Positions 37,625 to 48,514 of a stretch of 64,000 nt of DNA are shown here, piece after piece. Source of the stretch: Chara braunii (lineage: Eukaryota; Plantae; Charophyceae); assembly GCA_003427395.1 (NCBI GenBank), contig BFEA01000001.1:9616480-9680479 (forward strand), written 5' to 3'. The position numbers and the translations under genes were made by a program. Position 1 is the first letter of the stretch. Each line of letters starts with the position of its first letter. The notes beneath the pieces were generated by a model that was not told the DNA's origin, did not search any database, and saw only the letters and a list, made by a program, of their open reading frames with translations.

Positions 37625-39262
37625 TTGTCGTGGGCAAAAAGGGAAAAAGCGGAAATCAGAATGAGAGGTGATTACGAAGGGGCTGCAGCGACGATGCAAA
37701 AAAGGAAAGGAAAAACTAAGGTGCAGCGAGTCCACCGCAGAATGGACTCTACGTTAATCTACCGAGGGATCACCAGACACTATGCTCTGGGGAACCGTGA
37801 TAGAATGAATGGTGGGGGGCAGCACATGGCGACTGGGGGAAATGGGCATACATGTGGGCCAAACGGGAGCGCTGGGTCAGGAGTCAGGGCGGTCAAACGG
37901 AAACACACGCAGAGCCCCCCCCCCATATCATGGGCAGATAAGGCGAAAAAACCCTACTCCGACAAAACACTATCAATCCAGCGAAAACAAGAAGGAGAGA
38001 AAGGGGAATTAAACTGGGAAATTCCGTTGAGAAATCTGACGACAGCAGGGACCTTCTTCATGACCCATCTCCTCTCGGCCTCCAAGAACAAAATCCTACA
38101 CCAGGAAGGGAGATCGTCATTGGTGAGGACGCTCCCCGGGGGGATGGTTAGAATACTGGATGACCTGTATACGAGGCATGCCAGCAACTGGGTGTTTCAT
38201 GAGGACGCCGCCTTCAAATCAACGAGCAATAAGGTAAGCTGGATCAGGGAACGCCTGGGGGCCTTCAAGGGGTCAGTAGAGGGCGCCCACAAATTTTTCC
38301 TCATACAGCCTGTTTCCGCATCCGTCATTACGGTCATCTGCATGTACGGGACAGACAAGAAAACAATGGACGGATGGCGATCACTGCGCTGCGAAGGATC
38401 CGAAGTGCGGATCTACCCCTGGTTCCCTCCCAAACAACAGCGACCAGAAGATAAACGAGAGCAACTTATGAGGGAATATTTTTGGGTAGAATTTAGGCAT
38501 ATCCCGATTGAAATTCAGGCTACATTTGTACAAGATTTTGCAGAGAAGTTTGATGTAGTCGATTTCATTGACCCCTTCCCACTGTACGTCCCGAGGCGGG
38601 AGGACCACCTCATGTTAGCCATACGACTAGCGGAGGGCCAAATTTTCACCATCGACGATATAATCTCTTATTGCGTCGGTGGGAAAATCTACCGCATCCA
38701 TACTGCTCATAAGCTAAGGCCCTGGTGTGTCAAATGTCAAGCATACGGGCACTTATATTCCGACACAGCATGCACCCGTCATCCTTGCATCGCCAAAGCC
38801 ACAAGACGTCTGCAAAAAGACCCATTTGCAGATACCCGGTGGAGGCCGGTCGACCCAGGCCATGAAGGCTGGGCTTACATCGATGAACCGGGACAGGGGG
38901 GGGGGGGGGGGGGGGCTGGACATGGGAAGGGCGGGGCAATCCACGGTAGGACACCGCCGGCAGGGTGGGTCCCCCCAACAACCTTGGAATCCCACTTGCA
39001 ACAACCTTCCCAGACATCTCATGGGACGCTGGGGAAAGGGAACCCGTGGGAAAGTATCAGTAAGAAAAAGCAAGGAAAACAGAAGATGATAGAGGTGCAG
39101 CCTGAAAAAGGATCAGAGCCCGGGGCCAATATTTTCTCCCTGCTGTTGAGGGATCATAGGGGGGAGGGTGGGGACTGTCCGAGACCGGAGCAGGGTCAGA
39201 CCAGCCAGAGCAGCCAGGAGGTTCGATCCCTGTTGCGACCACCAAAGAGGACCCTGCCTTGA
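37625..39262 (+). CDS. LINE ORF1 (gag-like, CCHC zinc knuckle); start uncertain, probably frameshifted at the 3' end
   Basis: 545-aa ORF with FWVEFRHIP and PWCVKCQAYGHLYSDTAC (CX2CX4HX6C), upstream of the APE-RT ORF. Confidence 0.85.
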   Translation: MSWAKREKAEIRMRGDYEGAAATMQKRKGKTKVQRVHRRMDSTLIYRGITRHYALGNRDRMNGGGQHMATGGNGHTCGPNGSAGSGVRAVKRKHTQSPPPISWADKAKKPYSDKTLSIQRKQEGEKGELNWEIPLRNLTTAGTFFMTHLLSASKNKILHQEGRSSLVRTLPGGMVRILDDLYTRHASNWVFHEDAAFKSTSNKVSWIRERLGAFKGSVEGAHKFFLIQPVSASVITVICMYGTDKKTMDGWRSLRCEGSEVRIYPWFPPKQQRPEDKREQLMREYFWVEFRHIPIEIQATFVQDFAEKFDVVDFIDPFPLYVPRREDHLMLAIRLAEGQIFTIDDIISYCVGGKIYRIHTAHKLRPWCVKCQAYGHLYSDTACTRHPCIAKATRRLQKDPFADTRWRPVDPGHEGWAYIDEPGQGGGGGGAGHGKGGAIHGRTPPAGWVPPTTLESHLQQPSQTSHGTLGKGNPWESISKKKQGKQKMIEVQPEKGSEPGANIFSLLLRDHRGEGGDCPRPEQGQTSQSSQEVRSLLRPPKRTLP

Positions 39263-39695
39263 CGACCACCGGGAACGCCCCCCCTGTCGGTGGGAAGGAC
39301 AAGTGACAGAAGGAAGAACTCCGAGTTGAGGTCCACCACCAGGCTGCACAGACAGGGCACTCCCCACAGGCGCAACAGGAGCTGCAGCCGCAGCCAGTGC
39401 TGACACAGCACGAATCGACGCCCCCCCCCCCCCGGGACAGGTGAACCACCCGGAACTGACAGATGGGGGTCTGACACAACAGTCACCATTGGCACACCAG
39501 GTGCAGCAATCGGGCCAATCCCGGCAGGGTCAGCCAGGGGAAGAGACACAACAGTCGACACAACAGTTTCACCAATTATAACAGTTGCACCAAGGGCAGA
39601 AAACAGACCGACATGTGAATGGACAGCCTGGACAGCCTGAATAGCAGACACGACTGAAACAACAGGCACGGGCAAAGCTGCTACAATAACCGGCA

Positions 39696-40673
39696 ATGGC
39701 GCCACAGCAACACGCAGGGCACCACGGGTCAGAAGAAAGTAGCCCTCAGCACACGCAGCACACGCAGACCACGCATGCCGAACATGAACATCACATGGCG
39801 GATTTCTTTTCAGATGCCTTTGGTGCAAAACAAATGGACATTGACACTCCCCCCCCCCCTCCGCCGGAGGTTGAAATGACAGACAGCCAAATGGACCCGG
39901 GCGACCCAGACGCCCCCCCCCAAGAAATGGATCTCGATCAAAAGATGCAAATAATTACGGAATGGATAATTAAACATCTTCGTCTAGAGACCGCGAAGGA
40001 AGGAGCGACGGGAGGGGATGAATACTGGGACGCGGCGTATGTTGAACTGGTCACTCTTCCGAACAACAGTCCAACGCTTAGAGCGGCGCTGGCCACTGGC
40101 CCCCTGGCCCACTTGACGTGGGCTGAGAGTTTCCAAAGGATTCTGGCCATTGCCCGCAGCCGTTTTCGCCCCCCGCTGGCCCCGGATCACGCGCAGTCCC
40201 AACCCCCCCCTACAAGGGGGGCTACACAAGGGGAAGATGGGGAGGAAGGGATGACCTCCAGGAGACTCAAGTTACGCTCACTCATAGAACGGGGCCCATT
40301 CGAACTCCCCCTGACGGACACGAACGGCATTGAAGTACTTCCGATGCGCAAAGCCGACAAGAAGTGGGAGGTGGGGCTCTCCCCGATAGGGGAGCATGGT
40401 GGGGTCACGTTGCAAGGGTGGGACTTCCCAGGCCAGATCCTGGTTATTAAGGAAAGGGACAGGACCTTCACAGACCAAATGCAAGCCTTTGTGCCCAGAC
40501 ACTACGCTCCCGGGGCAAGGGCAGGCTTAAGATTTGCAGACTGGGACATGCAGATAGCAAGGAACGATCTCTACTTGCTGTTCGAACCCAACAAAACGGC
40601 GGACCTGCGGTGGTTCAGTCATACCGCGCTGCTCGACCTACAATGTGCAAAAGTTAAGCCTGGGGAGTATTAG
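39696..40673 (+). CDS. Extra LINE ORF or ORF1 C-terminal extension of unknown function
   Basis: 325-aa ORF between ORF1 and ORF2 with a globular-looking C-terminal half. Confidence 0.6.
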   Translation: MAPQQHAGHHGSEESSPQHTQHTQTTHAEHEHHMADFFSDAFGAKQMDIDTPPPPPPEVEMTDSQMDPGDPDAPPQEMDLDQKMQIITEWIIKHLRLETAKEGATGGDEYWDAAYVELVTLPNNSPTLRAALATGPLAHLTWAESFQRILAIARSRFRPPLAPDHAQSQPPPTRGATQGEDGEEGMTSRRLKLRSLIERGPFELPLTDTNGIEVLPMRKADKKWEVGLSPIGEHGGVTLQGWDFPGQILVIKERDRTFTDQMQAFVPRHYAPGARAGLRFADWDMQIARNDLYLLFEPNKTADLRWFSHTALLDLQCAKVKPGEY

Positions 40674-40738
40674 TCTGAGGATGATGTGTGCAGATGCCTG
40701 TGTAGAATCCTGCGCAAGAAGGTCCTGCTCCTGGATAC

Positions 40739-43700
40739 ATGGGACACCACAAAATGTCGCCCCTTATGAGTACTTCGATGTCTGATTTAGATACGCTATA
40801 CCACAGAAACCCGGCCTGGAAACAATGCGTGAAAACGGCTGACCTTGACCTCCGTTCCATCAACGTGAACGGTTTGGCAACCTACAATCCAGAGAAACAA
40901 CAGGCCATTTGGGACCAACTTAGAGGGGTGGGGGGGCGGCAATGGCCGGATGTGATATGCGTACAGGAGACCCACCTACAGGATAAACCGGCGCACAATA
41001 GAACCCACAAAATGGTATGGCCCCACACGGCTGTGACAGCCTACGCCCCCAGACCCGGTTCAGCGGGCGTGGCAATCTGGATACCCCCCGACTTCAGATT
41101 TGAGATAGTCTATACGGCGGTAGACGAGGAAGAGGGAAGATGGGTGTCAGTACTAGGGATGTTGGAGCTGGAATTACTATGCATTCTGTGCATTTACTCC
41201 CCTAACACGGTTGGGGAAAGGAGAGCATTCTTGGGCAGCTTAGGGGCGCGAGTACCGGACGGCATCCCGTTAGTTATTGCGGGAGATTTTAATGCCGCCC
41301 CGGAGAGAGGGCAGGATAGATGGAACCCTCAGGGGTCCCCCTCCTTCGCAGCTGAGGAAGACGAGCAAATGATCGCAGACCTGTGCGATAGCCTCGCCGT
41401 CTTCGACACCTTCCGACGTCTGCATCCTGCGCACCGGACCTTCTCATGTATAAGGGACAACGATCCGGCCGGGCTGTCCAAATCACGTATTGATCTGATA
41501 TTACTCTCCAATGATTTAGAAGGCGCCCTCCGATGGGCTGCTATTCTTCCTCGTAGCTCGCACCCCGGTCTGGACCACAAAACGTGTGGGATAATACTCA
41601 CTATGAGGAAAAGACTAGATCAAGGACCCGGTTTTTATAAATTAAATACCTCGTTTCTACGCGATTACCAATTCAAACAGATGATCCAGTATGAATGACA
41701 GTTTTGGTGCCAACAGAAGGATCAGTTTGACTCCTTCTCTATGTGGTTCAACAATGGCTTGATCTGCCTAGCAAGGAAATGCAAAGAATTTTCTAAAGCA
41801 AAAGCGGCTCTAAGGTACCAACAGGAATTTGCCACCCATCAGGAACTGCTAAACTTGGAACACCAGGCAGACTCGCATCTTCGCACTGCAGACATCCAAG
41901 AGGTGAAGAACCAGCTTCTCCAACATGCACAGCACAGATGGCAGGGCATCAGAATACGAGGGAAAATGACAAAGTTTACCCAGGAAACTACAATGGATAC
42001 CCATTTCTTCAGCATGGCGACAGCCCGTGCAAGACGTACGATTATTGAAACATTGTATGATCCAGGAAGAAAGAATGAGATAGCAACCACTACTGCACAC
42101 TGCACCCTGATCACACGTAGTTTCTTCAAACATCTCTATGAATCCCGGCTTCCCACCCCGCGAGGGGAGGCATGGACGCGAGAGCTGGAAGACTTCCTAG
42201 CACCCATGGACAAACAACTCTCCCCAACACAACAAGAGCACCTGGAACGTCCCCTAACAAAGGACGAGATATGGGCAGCGCTACTCCAGATGAGGGAAGA
42301 TAAGACACCAGGCATAGACGGCTTCCCCAAAGAGTTCTGGGAAACAATGTGGCTAGAACTGAGTACAGACCTGTGGGCGTTCTACCAACAAGTTTGGGAG
42401 AACGGGAAGATGGGGGAAATAGTGGGGAGAGGAGTGGTGACCCTGTTGTACAAGAAAGGGGACAAAATGAACATTAAGAACTACAGACCCATCACTCTCC
42501 TTACAGTTGTCTATAAAATCCTCTCCAAGGCCCTGGCGAACTGTATGGCAGAGATCTTGTTGGACGTGATCCACCCAGCCCAGACTGGATTTATGGCTGG
42601 TCGGAACATACAAGAGAATATCCTGCTTATAAATGAAGTTGTTTGCCTAGCGAGGCGAAACCGGGCAAACGCGGCAATTGTCTTCATCGATTTTGAGAAG
42701 GCATACGATCACGTTGACTGGATCTTTTTTGACAAGTCCTTGGAAAAAATAAACTTTGGGTCAGTTTTTAGAAGATGGGTACGCATCTTGCATCAAAACG
42801 CCACCACCTGTGTACAGTTAAATGGGTCGGTGGCACCCCCCTTTGAGCTCCAACGATCGGTCAGACAAGACGACCCCATCGCCCCTTATCTCTTTCTGGT
42901 CATCATGGAGGCTCTTTCCGCTAACCTAAGGAAAAACAAAGACCTAACCCGAATTAAGATCCCCAATATTCCGGAGGAGGCGGTGCCCATCTGTTCCTTG
43001 TTCGCGGACGATCTTACTATCATGGTTGAAGCGACAGCACCGAATACGAAAGAAATCCAGACCCTCATGAACCGTTTCAGCCGTGTGTCGGACATGATGG
43101 TTAATTGGGGACAGAAAACAGTGGGGTGGTGGCTACACCACCATGGGGGTAGACCGCCAGAAAACCCACGTATAACTGGGCTCCCTCCGGATGACCCCCT
43201 TAGGGTCTTAGGCTTGTCACTCACAGCCAAAGGGAAACCTGTTACAAATGACGAGTGGCTGATGGGATCGGCACGGGCTAAGTTGCAGCAATGGAACCAC
43301 AAGCACACTTCAATCTTTGGGCGGGCCCTGGTCATAAATAATGTCGTGCTGGCAACCCTTTGTTATCGAGTTGTTCTTTGGCCCATCAGTAAAGGAGGGC
43401 TGAAGGCGCTCAAACAACAACTAGCAGCCTTTTTATGGAGAGGGGACAGCAGTAACACCCATGTCATTAGTAGGGTGGCATGAGATTCGGTGGTTCAGCC
43501 CAAGGTGGGGGGAGGGCTTGGGATAGTGGATCCCTCCACGCAGTTTCAGGCCCTGAGTGTCCACTGGATCCAACATATTATTTTCGAGACATCCTCCCCT
43601 TGGGCTCCCCTGGCGCTCGCGCAAATTGCGGCCATGGCCCTGGAAGCCCCACCAGAGGTAGACCCCCTCATATGGCTGGAGGACAGATATTGGAAACTCC

Positions 43701-45322
43701 CCAGGAAATACGCGAATGGCGACCCAGTTAATGAACACTGGACATGCCTTCTGCGTACATGGAGGAGACTTCCACTCCCCGACCTCCCCGGCCCGGACAG
43801 ATGGGAGGAGATAATTAGGCAACAGCTGTTCGGAAATTGGTTAATTACAGATTCCCTCGGACAGGTTAGGAATAACTCAGACTCCCCTAGGAAAATCTGG
43901 GTGAAACATGGGATGTTGATGGTGGGGGATTTATGGGATCAGGAAAAAGGAGAATGGAAAAGCGCGGCGACGTTAAAAGGTTGTTTGCGTTACTGCCGCT
44001 CCCTCGAGTCTTCAATCGAAGAACTCATTGAAAGCTTCCCTATCCAATGGTACACTAAGTTCAAGAAGGGCCCCACGGTCGAAGCGGCGGACTGGGTGGG
44101 GCTTCCTGGCCGAGGATTACGAGTGGGTCAAGTGCTCCTGGTAGACCAGGATCAAGCCCTGATTGATTGTCACACTATGGCCGAATCAGGGCGACTACTC
44201 CAAGGGAACAGACGACCCACCATTTGGGAAAGAACATAAGGGGTCTACAGGATTAGGGTGATTGAGGATGGGAAGGGTTGGAGAGCATATCGTGCAATGA
44301 CCCCAATTGAGAACCTCCCCTTTGACCCGCAAGAGTGGCAATGATCATGGAAGGGCAGAAGAGGCAAGAGAGGGCGGGTGGGGGGGGAAGGAAGCACAAT
44401 CCAATTAGCTGCTCTAAAAACCAAGACCGTTTACCGGATGCTCAGGCCCAAACTTGGACTGCGAGATGTGGTAGAAGACAGATGGCAGCGCCATCTAAAC
44501 GTGGACCGGAGCGTACTCAAACCGGTGCAATGGTTTGGCAAGTACCAAAAGAGGCCGGCAAAAATTTCTGCGCTACAATGGCAAATTAGTCACCGTTGCC
44601 TGCCGACCAATAACTAGATCATCGATCACACACAGCTCAAACAACAAGGAAGGGCACTTCCCTGGTGCCAGTGATGCTTTCAGAACTTCCCCGGGAGAAA
44701 GTGCCCGGAGACGATCGAGCACATCTTCCTGCAATGTCCGGCGGCCGTCCTGCTCTCGAGCTGGTGGGACAGGATCTGGCGGCACATCGTTCCAGGCTCA
44801 TTATGGCCCTGGGACTGGCGGGCAATCCTGTTGGGACACTGCCCCCACCTCCGCGACAGCACCTTCGTAGCAAACATGTTCTCCCTGGGACGGCGTACAA
44901 TCCTCTGGACCATATGGTGGCGAAGATGTACCCTGGAACTCGAAGGGGGAAGAGTGGAGGAGGGGGAGGTTACAGAGCAGATCCGGCTGCTCTTCCAACA
45001 GGAGATCATGGCTCAATGGCACAGCGTAAAAGAAAAACTGAGTCAGACACACAGCAAGGGGGATATTAAAAATATTATCTCCCGGTTCTGTGAAAACTGG
45101 CTGGGGGGGGAGAGGGAAGGCTGGGTTGCAAGGGTTACTTGGTCAGGAGACAGGCGGGACTGTGGAGAAGGGCAGGAGGGGGTTCTGGAAAGAGACTACC
45201 AGCTCCTATTTAGAGATTGGACAAGGGTGGACCCCGGGGAACAGCTGAGACCCGCGCAGGAGTTCGGCGATCCCTTTCCCCCTCACGCCGGGGCTCTGGA
45301 AGAATACTTGGGGACCACCTAG
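40739..45322 (+). pseudogene. LINE ORF2: APE endonuclease, reverse transcriptase, C-terminal CCHC finger; single frame with 6 premature stops
   Basis: SINVNG, VQETHL, AGDFN, SRID, DH; KTPGIDG, NYRPITLL, DFEKAYD, RQDDP, LFADD, GGLGI; CQ*C...ETIEHIFLQC; ORFs at 40739, 41741, 43490, 44378 and 44831 share one frame. Confidence 0.96.
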
Positions 45323-45896
45323 ATTACTCTGCCGACAGTCTGCATTCTACTGTGAACAGTTTTTGTTCTACGCCAAGAATGCTAGAAGGTCAGTGGGCAC
45401 TAAAGGAAGTTTACATACGGGACGCTGGACCCGTTTTCCAGCACATGACCTTCTTCATGTTTTCAGATTTTTTAGCCTCTTTTCAGGAATGTTCAGACAT
45501 TTGGATAGATATTTTCAGATATTTTTAGATAATTTTCAGACATTTCAGATATTCCAGACCAGGGATATGGAGAGGTTACAGGGGTAGGCTTGCCGACTTG
45601 ACCCTTCCAGCTGGGCCCGGTTCCCAGTAGATGAGGCTGTATTTTTCATAAAAGATTTCGGCTGATTCCCTTTTTTCTTCTCTTTGCTTTAACAGGCGCC
45701 ATGAGAGTAATGGGTGGATGGCAGAAGCAAGGGGATGGAGGGAGACTCCACCGGTGCCCCCCGGTGGGTCACCCCCCAACACCCGACCCTGATGCAGGTT
45801 AGGGATGGAAGAGTAGAGTGGATATGGGACGCTGGACCCGTTTCCAGCATTTTGGCGTCACCTCATTGATGTACTGTGTGGCAAAAATGTATTTTT

Positions 45897-46023
45897 GGGA
45901 CGCTGGACCCGGTTTCCAGCAGGTGTTGCTCCCCACCAATAGATGGAGCGGCCCGCTAGGCAAAGCCTCAATCCCGGTGGTTCTCTTACCACCACCAGGA
46001 TAGAGGTCTTGCACAAGGGCCTT
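45897..46023 (+). ncRNA. Conserved LINE 3'-terminal RNA structure (two pseudoknots plus long hairpin)
   Basis: GGG-AC-GCTGG-A-CCC-N5-CCAGC-A-GGTG-NN-GCTCC-C-CACC-AATAGAT-GGAGC; covariation across six LINE ends in the window. Confidence 0.7.
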
Positions 46024-46288
46024 AAAAAAAAAAAAAAAAAAAGAGTTAACAAGAAAAAGAAAAAAAAAGGAAAAGGAATCATGACCTACAGCTCCTTCAC
46101 AGCCTAGCTGCCTTTACAGGATGCATGTTTATTTATTTATTTATCTATCTATTTATTATTTCTAAAGGGTGACAGCCTTGAGGTGTCATTGTCCAATTGA
46201 GCAGCCCATGGTAATTCAGAATTATTTCATTACATTTATTTACTTCTTCTGGGGCCAGGACCCACTAGCGCACTTCATGTGTGGCAGA

Positions 46289-46771
46289 GGGCGTTGTTAG
46301 ACACTCCTTTTGAAATCCTCGAGCAATAGGAAAAATTCCTAATGGTTCAAAAGGAAATTTGGGCCTTCTTTCCACCTGTCCTCTGGACGTCGCCCGAGGA
46401 CATTCCCTAAGACTGATGTCAGAAAAGAAAAAAGAAAAGAAAAAAAGGAAGGAAAAAAAAAAAACCAGTTGTGCTTCAGGCCGTCAGCCAATAGGGTGCC
46501 GCCACGAACCGGATTCTCGGAGGTAACGTCTCTCTACGCATGTGTCCCCTCCTCTCAGGTGTCCCCTCCTCTCAGTCAAACGAGGATTCCTTGTGCCCAA
46601 GGGACCTCGGGTCCCTTGGGCAGTAGGAAGAAATGGCTGGGGAAAATCTTATTGCCCGAGGAATTTCCTTACGAGTGTTTCAACTTTTTTTTTTCGATTG
46701 CATCCCCGAGGATAGGTGGAAAGAACAATTCCTTGGGGATTTTGTGTCCCCGAGGGGTGTCTAAAGAGCCC
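46289..46771. mobile_element. Candidate MITE
   Basis: Imperfect TIRs gggcgttgttagacactcc / ggggtgtctaaagagccc; CAGA on both flanks. Confidence 0.55.
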
Positions 46772-46923
46772 CAGAGTTGGATTGCTACATGCCATAGATG
46801 GAGGAGAAATAGTGCGGCATTCTAAGTTTTGAACAGATTCAGCAAAAGCGAAAAAGTTTTGGCCTGTACCCTACGCACTTTCGCCATTTGTTCCTTTTCA
46901 TTTTATTTCAAAATCACTGTAGC

Positions 46924-47590
46924 AGCGTCGTGTTTTCCAGAGTTTTTTTTTTGGGGGGGGGAATATTGTGACCTTGCTAAAGTGCTTCGGCACAAAAAAA
47001 GGCCCACAAAAAAAAAAACGAAGTCATGTGTACTGCCAAATCCCTGAAGGCTATCAGGCCACCCTAAGGCTATCAGGCCACCCTGGGCTGAAAAGGCCAC
47101 CGTTGTCAGATTAGACACAAGATTGAATTTACCTGGGCTGGTTAGTCAGATGATAATACCTCAAGGCCGTCGCCCTTTAAAAAATAAATAAATAAATAAA
47201 TCATAATGACCTGACAGCAACGACCTTCAGAGGACCCAGCCCATTGGCTGAGTGCAGCACACACCCAGAAAAAGCGGCGACGAATTCCATGGCTCGCGTC
47301 CTGTTTTGCAGACTTTTTTTTTGGGGGGGGGGGCAATACTGTGACCTTGCTACAGTGCTTCACGTGCACAAAAAGGCCAACAAAGAAAAAACAAAGTCAT
47401 GTGTACTGCCAAATATCATAATGACCCGACAGCGACGACCTTCAGAGGGCCCAGCCCATTGGCTGAGTGCAGCACACACCCAGAAAAAGCGGCAACGAAT
47501 TCCATGGCTCACGTCGTGTTTTCCAGAGTTTTTTTTTTGGGGTGGGGCAATATTGTGACCTTTCTGCAGTGCTTCGCGTGCACAAAAACT
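46924..47590 (+). repeat. ~215-bp tandem repeat (about 2.5 units) with a SINE tail inserted in the first unit
   Basis: gtcatgtgtactgccaaat...gcccattggctgagtgcagcacacacccag recurs; 47042-47200 interrupts unit 1. Confidence 0.85.
47042..47200 (+). mobile_element. 5'-truncated SINE copy with (TAAA)n tail
   Basis: Reverse-complement match to 48118-48240; a further decayed copy lies at ~46125-46225 (-). Confidence 0.8.
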
Positions 47591-47708
47591 TACGCGGGAG
47601 TCACAAAAACGAGTTATAATTGCAGTATGGCCCAAGATACAGTTTTTGCCAGTTCCCGAAGAAATCGGGGATGGGACACACGGTTGGCAATGTCCCATAA
47701 ATCTGAGT

Positions 47709-48084
47709 TTTTTTTTTTTTTTTTTTTTTTTTTAACTACACTATATTCCTCCCTCAAATTCTTTTTGCCTTCCACTACCTTCCTACCACTACTCCTAAGA
47801 CTATATAGAAGGGACACCTGCAAGCATAGGGCCTCGCAAACGAGGTAATTCATGTTGCCCCCCGCCCCAACAGCGCTAGTCAGAGATGGGGTGGGCCCGC
47901 CGGTGGGGGTCCGGCTAACGCAAAGACCGACCATTTTGCCAGCAGCTGCGCCTCCCTTTCTCATCGTCCCCCAGTAGCAGCAGAGGCTATGGCCAACACT
48001 CTCCCGCGCAACCCACTCGCGCTCGCACTCACACCCGTGTTGGTCATTGGCCCCGCTAATACGGATCAGGGGTATCCAGAGGAC
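47709..48084 (-). mobile_element. Poly(A)-tailed retroposed element of unknown family
   Basis: T-run at ~47708-47732; flanked by ATAAATCTGAGT at 47697-47708 and 48085-48096. Confidence 0.7.
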
Positions 48085-48096
48085 ATAAATCTGAGT

Positions 48097-48514
48097 GTTT
48101 TTTTTTTTTTTTTTTTTTTTTAAAGGGCAATGGCCTTGAGGTATTATCATCGGACTAACCAGCCCAGGTAAATTCAACGTTGTGTCTAATCTGACATCGG
48201 GTGGCCTTTTCAGCCCAGAGTGGCCTTGATTGCCTTCAGAGAACCCCCAACGGGGGACACCGGCCAGGGGACAGCCGGTGGCAGAGGGACCGAGCATCAT
48301 CTGAGTGGCCAGTCGCTGTGCCTCCACGATTACCCCTCCCCATATGAACATCAGCAGAGACTGCTTTTTAATGCGAATTGGGGGGACCAACGTGCTATCT
48401 CTAGGTGGCAGGCACCAAGCATGCCCAGGAAGGTACATGAGGCCAATGGGGATTGAACCCAAGACCTCCTGAATGCCACTTGCGTGCCTTACCAACTGAG
48501 CTAGGCCGCTGGAT
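48097..48514 (-). mobile_element. tRNA-derived SINE
   Basis: Head has A-box TAGCTCAGTTGG and B-box GGTTCAATCCC (48512-48441); acceptor stem unpaired; poly(A); TSD ATAAATCTGAGT at 48085-48096 and 48515-48526. Confidence 0.88.

Larger units (their letters stand above)
36099..46043 (+). mobile_element. Full-length L1/Tx1-type LINE, ~9.9 kb
   Basis: 15-bp TSD AGTTAACAAGAAAAA at 36084-36098 and 46044-46058; ORF1, ORF2, 3' UTR and poly(A) at 46024-46042. Confidence 0.93.

Noticed and set aside
45897-45949. Known small ribozyme (HDV, hammerhead, twister) or CTCF-like site
   Set aside because: No nested HDV topology, no CUGAUGA/GAAA core, no twister consensus; the CTCF resemblance is partial and covariation favours an RNA structure
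48441-48512. Functional tRNA gene
   Set aside because: Acceptor and anticodon stems do not pair; it heads a poly(A)-tailed, TSD-flanked SINE
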